Numbered from the stretch's first letter, positions 1 through 14,420 are shown. The stretch: DNA of 64,000 nt from Octopus vulgaris (GCA_951406725.2 OX597824.1:16616001-16680000); one strand, 5' to 3'. The notes: generated from the letters alone by a model not told the origin. Program-made: numbers and translations.

Positions 1-19
1 ATTAGCACTGCTACGTACA

Positions 20-365
20 GCACACATGTTAGGCGGAGAACTTTCAGTACACTACCTATAACAACAGCAAAGCAGACGACAGCACATATCCACTGCGCAT
101 AGAGTTGGATTCGGAAGTGCAGTGAAAGCAGGTAAACCAAAACAAAATTATTGAATAATGATAATTTCAAAACAACGAAGCAAATCTTAGTATGGTTTTC
201 CTATAGAAACCAAAACAAGAATAGAAAACAACAGACCGGATATTGTAGTCGCTGATATAATAGTATAATAGATATTGGAATCAACGAGTCATGCGCATCT
301 TGCATCAGAGTAAAAAGAAAGGAAAATGAACAAGTAGTTTTAGACCGATTAAATGTATGAAATTC
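20..365 (+). pseudogene. R4/Dong-like non-LTR retrotransposon remnant (restriction-like endonuclease domain)
   Basis: About 190-260 translates to W.FPIETKTRIENNRPDIVVAD, followed after frameshifts by IDIGI and KERKMNK*. This matches the RPD..D..KE..K..KY signature of RLE-type LINEs; multiple stops and frameshifts. Confidence 0.65.
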
Positions 366-509
366 TCATGTACAGGAAAAGAGAACTTTTAACAAGGAAG
401 GCAAGTAAGCATCTGTCGGTGTGTAATATATTTTCATTCCAAATGGTGATCGAACGAACGAATTGACACAAGATACCCTTCAAGTATTCAATTATAGCCC
501 TCTTGTAAA

Positions 510-660
510 CATGGCGGGTGGGGGGATCTATATTTTTCTTCATACTGTCTTATTTGTTCTTATGATGAAGAGCAAATAGTCAGAAACGTGAAACGTTTCT
601 TCTAATTCAGAAACAAACTATTATAGCTTCCTGTTATTCGTTTGTCTTTGTCGTATTAAC
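510..660 (+). mobile_element. Decayed short Penelope-like module with degenerate hammerhead motif
   Basis: ATGATGA-A-GAGC..GTCA-GAAACGTG at ~562-590, then a T-rich tail ending at (AC)n; same layout as the copies at 42327 and 50287. Confidence 0.4.
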
Positions 661-1031
661 ACACACACACACACGCGCACAAACATACATATATAGTGTG
701 CTTGTGCTTGTGCTTGTGTACGTGTGTGTGCGTGTGTGTGCGTGTGTGCCCGTGTGTGACCTTGGGGATAGTGACAAATTATTTGGAAAGTTGAACTTGA
801 TCTGAGAGTGGCTCCACTGCAAAAAAAAAAGGAGAAAAACTGTTATGAGGATAAGCAAGAATTGTGTGGGAAGTCCTTTATGCGTAAGTAAGAACAGATA
901 TCAAAAACAGGAAGTCCCTTTTGTGTAGATGGTATAAAGTTCTCCTCAGCCGAGACTGCGGCTGACGGTTTGAAAGGAAACGTAATTAAATTGGGAGCAG
1001 TCCCCACACCAAGGCAAACGGTTTTGAAAGG

Positions 1032-1210
1032 AAGGGATAAGTCGATACAGCTGACCCCAGTACTTGACAGATAATTTATTTTATTGGCCCCGGAGTGGTA
1101 TGAAAAGCGAGCTTGACCTCGGATTTGAACTCAGAGCGTAAAGAGCCGGAAGAAATAACGCTAAGCATTTCCCTCCGACGCTCTAACGATTCTGCTAGCT
1201 CGTTGCCTTG
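1032..1210 (-). mobile_element. SINE family D, degenerate copy
   Basis: Reverse complement matches the D head CAAGGCAACGAGCTAGCAGAATCGTTAG...CTGAGTTCAAATCCGAGGTCAA seen in other copies. Confidence 0.7.
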
Positions 1211-1278
1211 CAATAATGGCTTCTTATTTCGGCAAAATACTAACGCTTTTAACGTTTTTAATATATGTTCTTACTTAG

Positions 1279-1366
1279 CGTCTGTGTGGTAAGTAGCTTG
1301 CTTACAGACCACATGGTTCCGGGTTCAGTCCCACTGCGTGGCACCTTGGGCAAGTGTCTTCTAGTA
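1279..1366 (+). mobile_element. SINE family A, 5' part (split by mariner insertion)
   Basis: CTGTGTGGTAAGTAGCTTGCTTAC...GGTTCCGGGTTCAGTCCCACTGCGTGGCACCTTGGGCAAGTGTCTTCTA, with tRNA-like A/B boxes; continues at 2608. Confidence 0.85.
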
Positions 1367-2607
1367 TTGGGTTGTCCGGAAAGTTCATGCCGATTTTTAA
1401 AGGAAAGAAAAAGGTCAATAAATAGCTACCATTACAGTTTTAATCAACCAAATATGAACCATTTTGTTGCACAATGCGTCTCTATCTTATCTTTAACTTG
1501 AAAATACACTCTTCCCAGAACTGGCAAAGAATTCATCAAGGTATCTTTTTACGTCATCCAAGGAATTGAAATTTTTACCATTAAGACTATTCTGCAAAGA
1601 CCCGAATAAGTGGAAATCCGAAGGAACAATATCTGGTGAATATGGAGGGTGGGGTAACACATCCCAGCCGAGCTGCCGCAATTTTTGTCTGGTTCCCAAA
1701 GAAACGTGCGTCTTGCATTATCATGTTGGAAAACAACACCCTTCCTGTTGGCCAATTCTGGACGTTTCTCTTGAATTGCTGCTTTTAACTCGCCCAGTTG
1801 TGTGCAGTATTTCTCAGAATTAATTGTCTGCTTACTTGGGAGAAGCTCATAGTACAGAATCCTTTGCAATCCAACCAGACACAAAGACATTTTTAGGGTG
1901 AAGACCCGCTTTTGGGGTGGCTAAGGGTGGCTTATGTTGTTTACTCTAGGATCGTTTTCTCTGAACATTTCGGTAGATAATCCATTTCTCATCACCTGCC
2001 ACAATTTGCTTTAAAAAGGCGCGTTTTCATTCCGTTTATAAAGCGAATCACAGATAGAAATGCGATCCAAAAGGTTCCTCTCACTAAACTCATGTGGTAC
2101 CCAAACATCGTAGCGATTTGTGTACCCAAGATTTGTGTACCCAAGCTCACGAACGACGGATTTTGATAGGCTTTCTGCCTATTCTCGGGTTGTGCAATGT
2201 GGGTTATTCTCAATTAATAACTTGATTTGGTCATTATCTGTAGTGGATGGTCTGCCTGATCGCTCTTTATCAATAAGGGTACAATCTCCAGTTTGGAATC
2301 TTGTGAACCACTTCCATACAGTTCTTTCGGATTAAGAAACATCACCGTAAAATTCGCATATTTCTTTGGTTGCTTGTGAGGCATTTTTCGGTTTACGGAA
2401 AAAGAAAAGCATCAAGTGCCGAAAATGAACTTTCTTATCTTCCATTTTAAAGGGTTACAGAATTAACACAGGTTATAAGAACGTAAACCTTCTTCCACGA
2501 AAAGATAGCTTAAACTGTGCTCTAAATGGAGGTGTAGTCAAATCCTATTTTATGAATTCAACCATGTTCTAAAATCGAAAGGTATGCTACTATAAATCGG
2601 CACCCAA
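1367..2607 (-). mobile_element. Mariner (DD34D-type) DNA transposon, decayed, near full length
   Basis: Left TIR TTGGGTTGTCCGGAAAGTTCATGCCGATTT follows a TA; right TIR AAATCGGCA..CCCAA has an internal deletion; contains a transposase pseudogene. Confidence 0.9.
1440..2445 (-). pseudogene. Mariner transposase pseudogene
   Basis: Starts MEDKKVHFRHLMLF and carries motifs KWFTRF..G, RSGRP, DVWVPHE, GDEKW, HDNAR and HPPYSPDIVPSDFHLF; ends QNGSYLVD*. Several stops and frameshifts, plus a 15-bp tandem duplication at 2115-2144. Confidence 0.92.
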
Positions 2608-2675
2608 CATAACCTCGGACCGTCCAAAGCCTTATGAGTGGATTTAACACACGTAAACTGACAGAAGCTTGTCGT

Positions 2676-2724
<49 letters not shown>

Positions 2725-2933
2725 TGCACGTGTGTTCGTATATTTGTGTGTCTGTGTTTGTCCCCGCACAATCGCTTACAACAGATGCTGGTGTGTTTAC
2801 GTCTCCGTAACTTAGCGGTTCGACAGAATAAGTACTAGGCTTACCAAGAATAAGTCCTGGGGTCGATTTGTTCGAGTAAAGGCGGTGCTCCAGCATGGCC
2901 GCAGTCAAATGCCTGAGACAAATAAATGAATGA
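2608..2933 (+). mobile_element. SINE family A, 3' part
   Basis: Resumes ACCTCGGACCGTCCAAAGCCTTATGAGTGGATTT, has internal (TG)n, and ends GGCGGTGCTCCAGCATGGCCGCAGTCAAATG. Confidence 0.85.
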
Positions 2934-3092
2934 AAGGATGTATAAAGGACTTTTCAGAAAATTCTTGCTCATCCTCAGAACCGCTTATTTTTTTCTTTGC
3001 AATGGCGTCACTCTCAACTTTCCAAATAAAGGTAGATGTAATAAATGGCATCGAATGTCATACTAGACTGGCAATTAATCCATCCGATAAAT

Positions 3093-3209
3093 TACTCTTT
3101 TACTCTATTACTTGCTTCAGTCATTTGACAGCGGCCATGCTGCAGCACCACCTTTAGTCGAATAAAATCGACCCCAGGACTTATTCTTTGTAAGCCTAGT
3201 ACTTATTCT
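3093..3209 (-). mobile_element. SINE family A, 3' fragment
   Basis: CAGTCATTTGACAGCGGCCATGCTG..CCCCAGGACTTATTCTTTGTAAGCCTAGTACTTATTCT is the reverse complement of the A tail. Confidence 0.8.
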
Positions 3210-3216
3210 TATTTCA

Positions 3217-3427
3217 TATTTCTTTATTGCCCACAAGGAGCTAAACATAGAGGGGACAAACAAGGATAGACAAAGGGATTAAGTCGATTACATCGACCCC
3301 AGTGCATAACTGGTACTTAATTTATCGACCCTGAAAGGATGAAAGGCAAAGTCGACCTCGGCGCAATTTGAAATCAGAACGTAACGGCAGCCGAAATACA
3401 GCTACGCACTTCGCCCGGCGTGCTAAC
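3217..3427 (-). mobile_element. SINE family D
   Basis: Contains GAAAGGATGAAAGGCAAAGTCGACCTCGGCG..TTTGAA.TCAGAACGTAAC, the reverse complement of the D core. Confidence 0.85.
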
Positions 3428-3440
3428 CAAGTTTTTTGTT

Positions 3441-4220
3441 TTGAGTTCAAATTCCGCTGAGGTCTCGACTTTACACTTTATTCTTTCGGAGTTGATAAAA
3501 TCAGAACCGGTGTAGCACTGGGGTGGATGTAATCGATTTAGCCCCTCCCCAAGAAATTGTTGTCATTGTGCCAAATATTGGAACGAATATACATAGCTTC
3601 GAAGGCGGTGAACCGGCTGAACAATCCGTATACCGGGCAAAACGCCCAGCGTCATTTCTTCCGACATTACGTACGGAATCGGAATTCATATGCTACCAAC
3701 GTTGACTTTATTTTTCCTCATGTGGAAGCACTCCGTCGGTTACGACGATGAGGGTTCCGGTTGATCCGAATCAACGGAACAGCCTGCTCGTGAAATTAAC
3801 GTGTAAGTGGCTGAGCACTCCACAGACACGTTGCACCCTTAACGTAGTTCTCGGGGATATTCAGCGTGACACAGAGAGTGACAAGGCCGGCCCCTTGAAA
3901 TACAGGTACAACAGAAACAGGAAGTAAGAGTGAGAGAAAGTTGTGGTGAAAGAGTACAGCAGGGATCACCACCATCCCCTGCCGGAGCCTCGAGGAGCTT
4001 TAGGTGTTTTCGCTCAATAAATACTCACAACGCCCAGTCTGGGAATCGAAACCGCGATCCTATGACCGCGAGTCCGCTGCCCTAACCACTGGGCCATTGC
4101 GCCTCCCCTTTCATCATGTAAGGATCGATGGAATAAGTGCTAGTCGAGCACTGACGTCGATGTAATAGATTTAGTCCTTCCCTTTAACAAATTGCTGGTC
4201 TTGCGCTAAAATTTGAAACC
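3441..4220 (+). mobile_element. Old family D fragments (3441-3585; 3601-3720 resuming at 4107-4220) interrupted by a family B SINE
   Basis: The D core ..GTTGACTTT..|CCTTTCATC..GATCGATG..AATAAGT is split exactly around the B copy. Confidence 0.6.
3722..4106 (-). mobile_element. SINE family B (tRNA-Arg-like head; resembles octopus OR-type SINEs), full length, tail type 1
   Basis: Minus strand starts GGAGGCGCAATGGCCCAGTGGTTAGGGCAGCGGACTCGCGG (A box, TCG anticodon), has B box GGTTTCGATTCCC, and ends ..GACGGAGTGCTTCCAC. Confidence 0.88.
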
Positions 4221-4299
4221 GATATTTATAGCTTCGCCATCTTCACCCTCATCCCCGTCGTTGCTCTTCTCGTCGTAGTCGCTATCATCGTCGCATACA

Positions 4300-6360
<2,061 letters not shown>

Positions 6361-7020
6361 CATACGTATTTATATATATCTTTTTTTTTGTCTGAAATAT
6401 ATTCAGATTTAACTCACTGCTTACGGAATTTTAAATTGAACAAAAAAAAAAAAAAAGAAAAAAGAAATGGAAGGAGCAGGCTAGAAGAGAAAAACCGGAA
6501 TTCCTATAAAAGTAAAAATGGTTTTAAAAAATGGTGGTGGTGTGGTGGTGGTGGTGGGGGGGGGGGCATAAAAAAACGCAATAAAAATTCGGAGATTCAA
6601 TTGGGTGGAACAATTTCAAAAATAGATCTCATATTTTGCTTATTTCCTATGTTTGTATGTGTGTTTATATATATATATATATATATATATGATGTATTCA
6701 CACACATATATTCAAATACGCATACACACACACACATACAGATATATATTCTCATATACATACACATATATATCTTTTATTTATTCACACATATAAGAGA
6801 TTTGCGTGATTTATAGGAGATATGGCTGTTGTTCTTTGCACCACTACCGATTACACAGAGACTCACTCGTTTTCTTATTTGTGTGGGCACGAAGAGTGTG
6901 TAAATCAAAATTATTCACCCTCAGTATATTACTGATATTTTCTTTGATATCTTAGTTCTGTGGAAAAATTCAACCCCCTATTCATTTTCGAAGAATTAAC
7001 AAAAAAAAAAAAAATGTTTT

Positions 7021-7165
7021 GTTGCGTCTGGGAAGAGTCATACTGCAATAATAAGTAACACACTCACCGGTTCAATATCCACTCGATTTTCAATTTAATT
7101 GTTTAAAATAAATATTATTTGATAAAAATAATAAATTAGTAGAAATTGAACCGGTGAGTGTGTTA
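7021..7165. repeat. Palindromic repeat element (21-bp inverted arms)
   Basis: TAACACACTCACCGGTTCAAT (7056-7076) and ATTGAACCGGTGAGTGTGTTA (7145-7165); related copy at 61691-61860. Confidence 0.75.
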
Positions 7166-7333
7166 GAGTGAGAGAAAATTGTGGTGAAAGAGTACAGCAG
7201 GGTTCACGACCACGCTCTGCCGGAACCCCGTGGAGGTTTAAGAGTTTTCGCTCAATAAACAGTCACAATGCCCGGTCTGGGAATCGAAACCACGATCCTT
7301 CGACCGCTAGTCCGCTGCCCTAACCACTGAGCC
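7166..7333 (-). mobile_element. SINE family B, partial
   Basis: Matches the B head and body (GGGAATCGAAACC..GCTGCCCTAACCACTG). Confidence 0.8.
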
Positions 7334-8169
7334 TGTTATTGAAATATATAAGCAATAATTGAATATGCGACATATTGAGTGACGTATATAAAAGTTGCTA
7401 TGTTATAACCTCAAGGTAGATAGGAAAAACCAAAGCAAAATTCTTGTGGCTGATGTTGACGATCTTTTGAAGAAATATAGAATTAATATCTTATCTTGTT
7501 TCATTCATTGGAATGCGACCATGCTGTGGCATCGCCCTGAAGTGGTTTAGTGGAACAAAAAATAGACTGCGGTACTCATTTTCTTTAGCCTCCACTGTGT
7601 TAGATATTTAGGCAGCATTAACTCTCCCCAGAGTTAACAAATGTTAAAGGATCTTGCAAACGAGAAACTAAAACGAAACAAAAATGTTATTCTAGTGTAA
7701 AAAAGTCAGCAATATTGTTGACGAAGGTCCTTTGCATATTTGCTTGATTTGCCAGAAATAGCAACCAAATCTTCCTCTTATCTCACGTTAAGTAATTCAG
7801 AGATCAATGACATGTTGGAAATGGAGTTCTCCTCAGACCGGAAAACCCTGTCTGGTAAACAGAATGCATTCAGCATAATGGTACTCTTGTACCACATGTA
7901 GCGTTACACAGAGTGAATGAATACGCTTACACCAAAGACATGTAGTACGAACGGCTTTTGAACTCTGACATGCGGTGCCGATTGTGTCTCACACAATTGC
8001 ACGCATTGGTGTGATTGGCACGGATCATTGAGAATCATGTTAATTGTTTAAATGTTGAGAATGAAACCAGGGATGCTCGACAATAATAATTAGAAACATT
8101 AACAAGTACGATTACAGGAAAAGAAAAAAGGTGCCGCCATTGTATTGTGATCCATAGATTTTAAAAACA

Positions 8170-8408
8170 CCGTATATATATATATATATGTAAATATGCA
8201 TCTGTCCGTGTGTCACACACACACACATACATATGTGTGTATACAGATATAGGTATACGCATATATACATATATATCCAAAGATATACATGTATATATTT
8301 ATATACACACATGCTTGTGTACATGCATATGTATAAACTTATATACACACATATTCATATATAAATCTAACACACACACACACATACATATATATAGAAT
8401 AAATATGT

Positions 8409-8460
<52 letters not shown>

Positions 8461-8866
8461 CTATATATGTATATATATATGTATGTATGTATGTATGTTA
8501 TGTATGCATGCTAAACGATATATATGTATGTTAAAGACAAAGAAATTGTATGGCAAATGAGTGAAGAAGAATTGAAAAGATGAATAAATAGAAATTAAAG
8601 CGAAAATAAATCGAAATAAATTAAATTGTAATTATTCACAGTATGTGGGTTAATATTCCTGAATCTGAATATTGTAATATGTTTTATGAAGAGGAAGGGG
8701 TAGGATGTGGTGGTGGTGGTGGTTGGGGAAATCCATTCCAGTATCAGGCTCTGATGAAGTAGATTCTTTTGTGAAGATTTATACAGTACTTCTGTCCATT
8801 GTTATATAACACTAGGAAATATGGAGAAAGAGCGAGAGAAGAGCAGAGAGATAGAGATAGATAGAT

Positions 8867-8899
<33 letters not shown>

Positions 8900-8954
8900 A
8901 AGGAAGAGAAGCTATATATCTTAGGTCCTTTGTGTACATATAAGTATATATATG

Positions 8955-9026
<72 letters not shown>

Positions 9027-9088
9027 CATATATATATGTATATATTTGTATGTATGTATGTATGTATGTATGTATGTATGTATGTATG

Positions 9089-9127
<39 letters not shown>

Positions 9128-9191
9128 GCATATATACATGTACATATATTATATATACATATACATATATATACTGCATACACACATATAC

Positions 9192-9246
<55 letters not shown>

Positions 9247-9413
9247 CCTACATACACATACGCAAATACATGCATACATAGACGCGTGCGCACACACGTG
9301 CACACAGACGTGTACACACGTGTACACATACATATATGTGCGTGTACAGAGAGAAGGGGAATGAAGAGTAGAATGAGAAAATTTACATTTAGAGACTAGG
9401 GCAGTGAAAGGTA

Positions 9414-9488
<75 letters not shown>

Positions 9489-9680
9489 TGGGGGTGGAGT
9501 AGATGTTAGAGAGGGTGAGATACAAGTACAGCAATACGGAGGAGAATGGGAAGAAATTCTCAAAGACAACAATGGAATACTGGATATTAACCTTTCTGAT
9601 GATTCTGTAATTGTTGCTGTTTGAATTTGTCGAGAATCCATCTCCATGACAACAACAACATCAAACATAACAACAAATAT

Positions 9681-9730
<50 letters not shown>

Positions 9731-9759
9731 GTGTATATATGTATTTATATATATATATG

Positions 9760-9806
<47 letters not shown>

Positions 9807-9945
9807 ATGTATGTATATATACATTTATATGTATATATATATATACATACATAAAAATGTATATATATATATATATATACATACAAATATATATATATAT
9901 ATATATATACACATATTTGTATGTACGTGTATATATATATATATA
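8170..9945. repeat. Microsatellite-rich block (TA)n, (TATG)n, (AG)n
   Basis: Direct inspection; (AG)n at 9417-9482. Confidence 0.9.
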
Positions 9946-10344
9946 TCCAAAACTGCTCCTGGAACCGCAGTGAAACGCAAAGCTACCCCCACCCCAACCT
10001 CCATGACAACCATAGCGACATCTACAATTAGTGTCCCCACTACCACCTCAGCCACAACGGGAGCCACAGTCCCGACACTGGGGTCGTAACTAAGACGTCC
10101 GCCAAAACCTCAACCCGCACCGCAACTATCTATTTCCAATTAAAACCAATTATTATTGGCTACAATGAATAAGGAAATCCACCACAACAAACAATAACAA
10201 CTGCAACATCTTCGTTTTCTACTGCAACCGGAGCCACATCTCGAGGTGAAGCCACAGAAAAGAACATCGAGAAAACTCATTAATTCTTACAGAAATGTAT
10301 ATGCAACTGTTACGACATCTCAAATATATTTTCATCTGACATCA

Positions 10345-11250
10345 CCATCAGCAGCAGCATCAGCAGCAGCATCAGCAGCAGCAGCACATTTAACGATGCC
10401 ACCAGCACCACAACCATCACCACCACCACCATCACCACCACCACCATCACGGGGCCACTACCCCATCACCACCACCATGACCGCCACGATAATCATCACT
10501 ACTACCATCGCCACCACCACCATCACGGGTCCACTACCCCATCACCACCACCACCACCATCACGGGGCCACTACCCCATCACCACCACCATGACCACCAC
10601 GATAATCATCACCACCACCATCGCCACCACTACCATCACGGGGCCACTACCCCATCACCACCACCACCATGACCACCACGATAATCATCACCACCATCAC
10701 CACCACCACCACCATCACGGGGCCACTACCCCATCACCACCACCATGACCACCACGATAATCATCACCACCACCATCGCCACCACTACCATCACGGGGCC
10801 ACTACCCCATCACCACCACCACCATGACCACCACGATAATCATCACTACCACCATCACCACCACCATTATTACCACCACAATAATCACCAACACATCCAC
10901 CGTAACCATTACCCACATCCACCACCATCACCACTACCACCACATCCACCGTAACCACCACCACCATCACCACCATAACGAACACCATCTTCACCATCAC
11001 CACCATCACCACGACAACCACCATTACTGCCACCACCACCACCACCGCCACCATAACGAACACCATCTTCACCATCACCACCACCACCACCACCATCATC
11101 GCCATCACCACCACCGCCATCATCACCACCACCACCACGATCACGACCACGACCACCGTCACCCCGATCACCCGCACCACTGACGTCCAAACCATTGTCA
11201 TCTCCACCGTCATCACAGCTACTGCCCGCACCACTACCATTACCACCATA
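10345..11250. repeat. CAC/CAT-rich low-complexity tract with a ~66-75 bp minisatellite (10440-10860)
   Basis: The unit CCATCACGGGGCCACTACCCCATCACCACCACCATGACCACCACGATAATCATCACC.. is repeated about 6 times. Confidence 0.9.
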
Positions 11251-11490
11251 ACCTTACATTCATTTATTACTATACTACCCTCATCACCATGACAACGTCA
11301 CCACAGCCACCAGCAATTTTCCCGCCAATGGGTTCTTCGTTACATGGTCACTCGATTTGCTAGAAATGGCTGCCAAATCTTTCTTACATCTCACCAGTAT
11401 TGCAAACAACTGTGACATTATCAGCTCCATCACCTTTACTACAAATTGTATCAGTGCACTGCAACGAATAACACCACCACCATTCTCACA

Positions 11491-11750
11491 GTGGAGACGT
11501 ATGGCTTAGTGGTTAGGTTTTTGGACCCCTGATCGTAAAACCGTGGTTTCGATTCCTGGACCGCGCTATGTGTCTTGGTGTTCTTGAGCACAACACTTCA
11601 TTTCACGTTGCTCCAGTTCGTTCAGCTGGCAAAAGTGAGTCATCCTGCGATGAGCCTGCGGCCCGTCCAGTTGGGATAATTTTTGGGCCATGGCAACCAA
11701 AAAAGCGGCCCTTAATAAGTCAGCATGACTCGGAAAGGTAACTTTACCTT
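11491..11750 (+). mobile_element. SINE family C (tRNA head, CORE-like body), older copy
   Basis: TGGCTTAGTGGTTAGG..GGTTTCGATTCCTGGACC..GTTCTTGAGCA.AACACTTCATTTCACGTTGCTCCAGT. Confidence 0.8.
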
Positions 11751-12028
11751 TCTTACTACAGACCGTAACGCCGCCACTGAACTCACTACAAGCAGTAACA
11801 TCATACACCCCACTCTACAAACATTGACACGACCACCAAACTCGCTACAATGTGTAACACAACCAATACTCACATTACACGGTGTATCACCACCATGTGT
11901 ATCACAATAGATTATAGTGCCAACGTCTTTGTCGTTACAAAATGTAACACAGGCATCACAAACTCTGCATGATATAACACCAGCAAAGCCATTACTAAAA
12001 ACGTTAATACTACTATATCTATTGCTAT

Positions 12029-12293
12029 GTGGAGGCGCGTGGCTTAGTGGTTAGGGTATCGGCATCATGATCGTAAGAGTGTGGTTTCGATTCCTGGACC
12101 GGGCGATGCGTTGCGTTCTTGAGCAAAACACTTCATTTCACGTTGCTCCAGTCCACTCGGCTGGCAAAAATGAGTAACGCAGCGATGGACTGGCGTCCTG
12201 TCCAGCTGGGGAACACATACGCCATTGAAAGCGGGAAACTGGGCTCATGAGCCTGGCTAGGCTTTAAAAAAAGGGCGCATTTATTTATTATTT
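12029..12293 (+). mobile_element. SINE family C, full length with 13-bp TSD
   Basis: A and B boxes present; TSD TATCTATTGCTAT at 12016-12028 and 12294-12306. Confidence 0.92.
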
Positions 12294-12387
12294 TATCTAT
12301 TGCTATAAATGGTAACATAGACCTCATTTTCAATAGATAATGTAAATAGCCATCACTATCATTACGAATTATAATTCCACTATCATT

Positions 12388-12640
12388 AAATAAAAGAAAT
12401 GCGCCCTTTTGAAGCCTAGCCAGGCTCATGGTCCCGGTTTCCCGGTTTCTAATGCGTATGTGTTCCCCAGCTGGACGGGACGCCAGTCCATCGCAGCGTT
12501 ACTCATTTTTGCCAGCTAAGTGGACTGGAGCAACGTGAAATGAAGCTCAAGAACACAACGCGTCGCTCGGTCCAGGAATCGAAACCACAATCTTACGATC
12601 ATGATGCTGACACCCTAACCACTAAACCACGCGCCTCCAC
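12388..12640 (-). mobile_element. SINE family C, full length, inverted relative to the 12029 copy
   Basis: Reverse complement begins GTGGAGGCGCGTGGTTTAGTGGTTAGGG and ends AAAAGGGCGCATTT. Confidence 0.9.
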
Positions 12641-12809
12641 CTACAGAATCATAAATAGATAAATAAATAAATCGAAGGTATATTGGATCATGCTTTACAA
12701 CGTTGCATTCAAAAATATGGATAGATTAAGTTTCGAAGGATATTGAAAACACTTCAGATGGATCAAAATAACAAAGCACGTGACATTATTATCTTTCAAT
12801 CTATGGTAT

Positions 12810-12928
12810 TGGCGAGCTGGCGGAATCGTTAGCACGCCGGGCGAAATGCTCAACGGCATTTCGCCCGCCTTTACGTTCTGAGTTCAAATTCTGATGAGGT
12901 TCACTTCGTCTTTCATTCTTTCAGTGTC
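12810..12928 (+). mobile_element. SINE family D, 5' part
   Basis: GGCGAGCTGGCGGAATCGTTAGCACGCCGGGCGAAATGC..CTGAGTTCAAATT. Confidence 0.8.
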
Positions 12929-13560
12929 GGTAACCCAGTACAACCTGTTGCATAGTCAGGCCGTCGGCAACTAAACCGGCAACCCCACCAAGCTTGCTTG
13001 GTGAGGAGGGTGATTATTGCACACTCTGCGGGATGAAAAACAAAACCCGTCAAAGGGCGGAGGAAGTCTTGAGAGTCAATGGCCATCCAATAAATGTGTA
13101 ATTTTTCTTTTCTTAAGCCTTAAGGCTGTATCATGCGCGGGGACATAGAAATAATCGGACTGAATACCCGATCGCACGGTTAAACCATTGGGAGTGAAGA
13201 ACTCCAAGGGCATCCCTCTAGGAGAAGGTAACTCAGGTAACTGGGATAACTCCGACATAAAACCTGCGGCTCAGTGGTTACCGATGAAGTTGACTTGTTC
13301 TTCTTTTCGGATTATGGCTGCTGTTGCTTAGTGAGTGGGATTAACTCAGTGCACAGCCTTTCCTCACTTTATAAAAAAATCTTCTTGCACAGGCATTGCA
13401 CGAAAACAACACTGTTCATGATTGTTGATGGTGCTGTGAATCTCAACTGAATGGCTGGTTGTAGCCTTAAAAAGCAAATAAAAGTCACATTTGATCACAG
13501 CACCAATAACAGTTAAGCTTCGTGCAATGGCCATACGCGATAACGAGGGGGCAGCTATCA
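12929..13560 (+). mobile_element. Probable RTE-clade LINE 5'UTR-derived segment
   Basis: GC-richer non-coding block with GGGCATCCCTCTAGGAGAAGGTAACTC..AAACC, resembling the CTAGGAGAAGGAAAACTC motif recalled from RTE 5'UTRs; truncates a D SINE and ends at (TA)n. Confidence 0.45.
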
Positions 13561-14029
13561 TATATATATATATATCTGTATAAAACAATTTTATATAGAT
13601 AGATAGATAGATATACCTGTTTCTATATTAATACTCAACCTCTATGTTTGTATTCTCGCCATACTTTGCCCATGCTATTCCCGATCCCCCCTCTCTCTCT
13701 CACCCTCTTCCTCTCCCTCTCCGTCTTTCCCTCCCTCTTGCACCGTGTATCTCTCACTTCTCTTCAATCTCATTCCTTTTTCAGTAATTTTTACGTATAT
13801 ATATTTTTCTCTTCCATCTTTAAAAGCTGTATCATTCTGTTAGGTTCTATTCCTCAGTTTTCTGCTACGAAGTCAATATAGACACAACAACATATATATA
13901 TATATAAATGAGAGCAACAACAAAAAAACACACAGACACAGACACACATATACACACGCGCCCACATATGCATGGATACACAGCAGTGACTATGTGAACG
14001 CTTATGTGTGATTTTGTGTATGCGTGTGT

Positions 14030-14294
14030 GGTTTCTGTGACTATATATACACACACACATGTATGTGTGTGTGTGTCTGTGTTTGTATGTGTGTACTTAT
14101 ATATATATACAAATATATGTGTATATATATATATATATATGCATATATATACACATACATATATTATATATATATACACTCACAAAAACAAAAAACGTTT
14201 ACTTTTGAATATAGGCACATTTATATGTATAATCATATATTTTACATATACATCCAGTATATGTGTGTATATATTAGTCTTATATCAATACATG

Positions 14295-14343
<49 letters not shown>

Positions 14344-14385
14344 TCGCACACGCACACACATACACACTTACTCACTCTCACACAC

Positions 14386-14420
<35 letters not shown>

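Noticed and set aside
7975-8021. Hairpin GTGCCGATT../..GATTGGCAC containing AATTGCAC (miR-92-like seed)
   Set aside because: The stem is short and G-U rich, the seed lies in the loop, and the rest does not match the miRNA.
9496-9624. Protein-like short frame [42 protein letters not shown]
   Set aside because: There is no start codon or convincing splice acceptor (it is preceded by (AG)n), and no family is recognisable.
10440-10860. Regularly spaced repeats superficially like a CRISPR array
   Set aside because: The spacers are not unique, the context is eukaryotic, and there are no cas genes.
10246-11249. His/Thr/Pro-rich ORFs resembling His-rich structural proteins
   Set aside because: They are open in several frames on both strands because of CAC/CAT repeats, and the frame is not maintained between minisatellite units.
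12031-12102. tRNA-like sequences at the heads of families A, B and C
   Set aside because: They are SINE heads: no closed acceptor stem, and they continue into repeat bodies with TSDs.
12891-12930. CTGATGA matches at 12891, 8751, 9596 and 31358, and on the minus strand at ~2972 and ~26231
   Set aside because: No compatible stem II, GAAA and stem I arrangement; 12891 is a mutated SINE D core.
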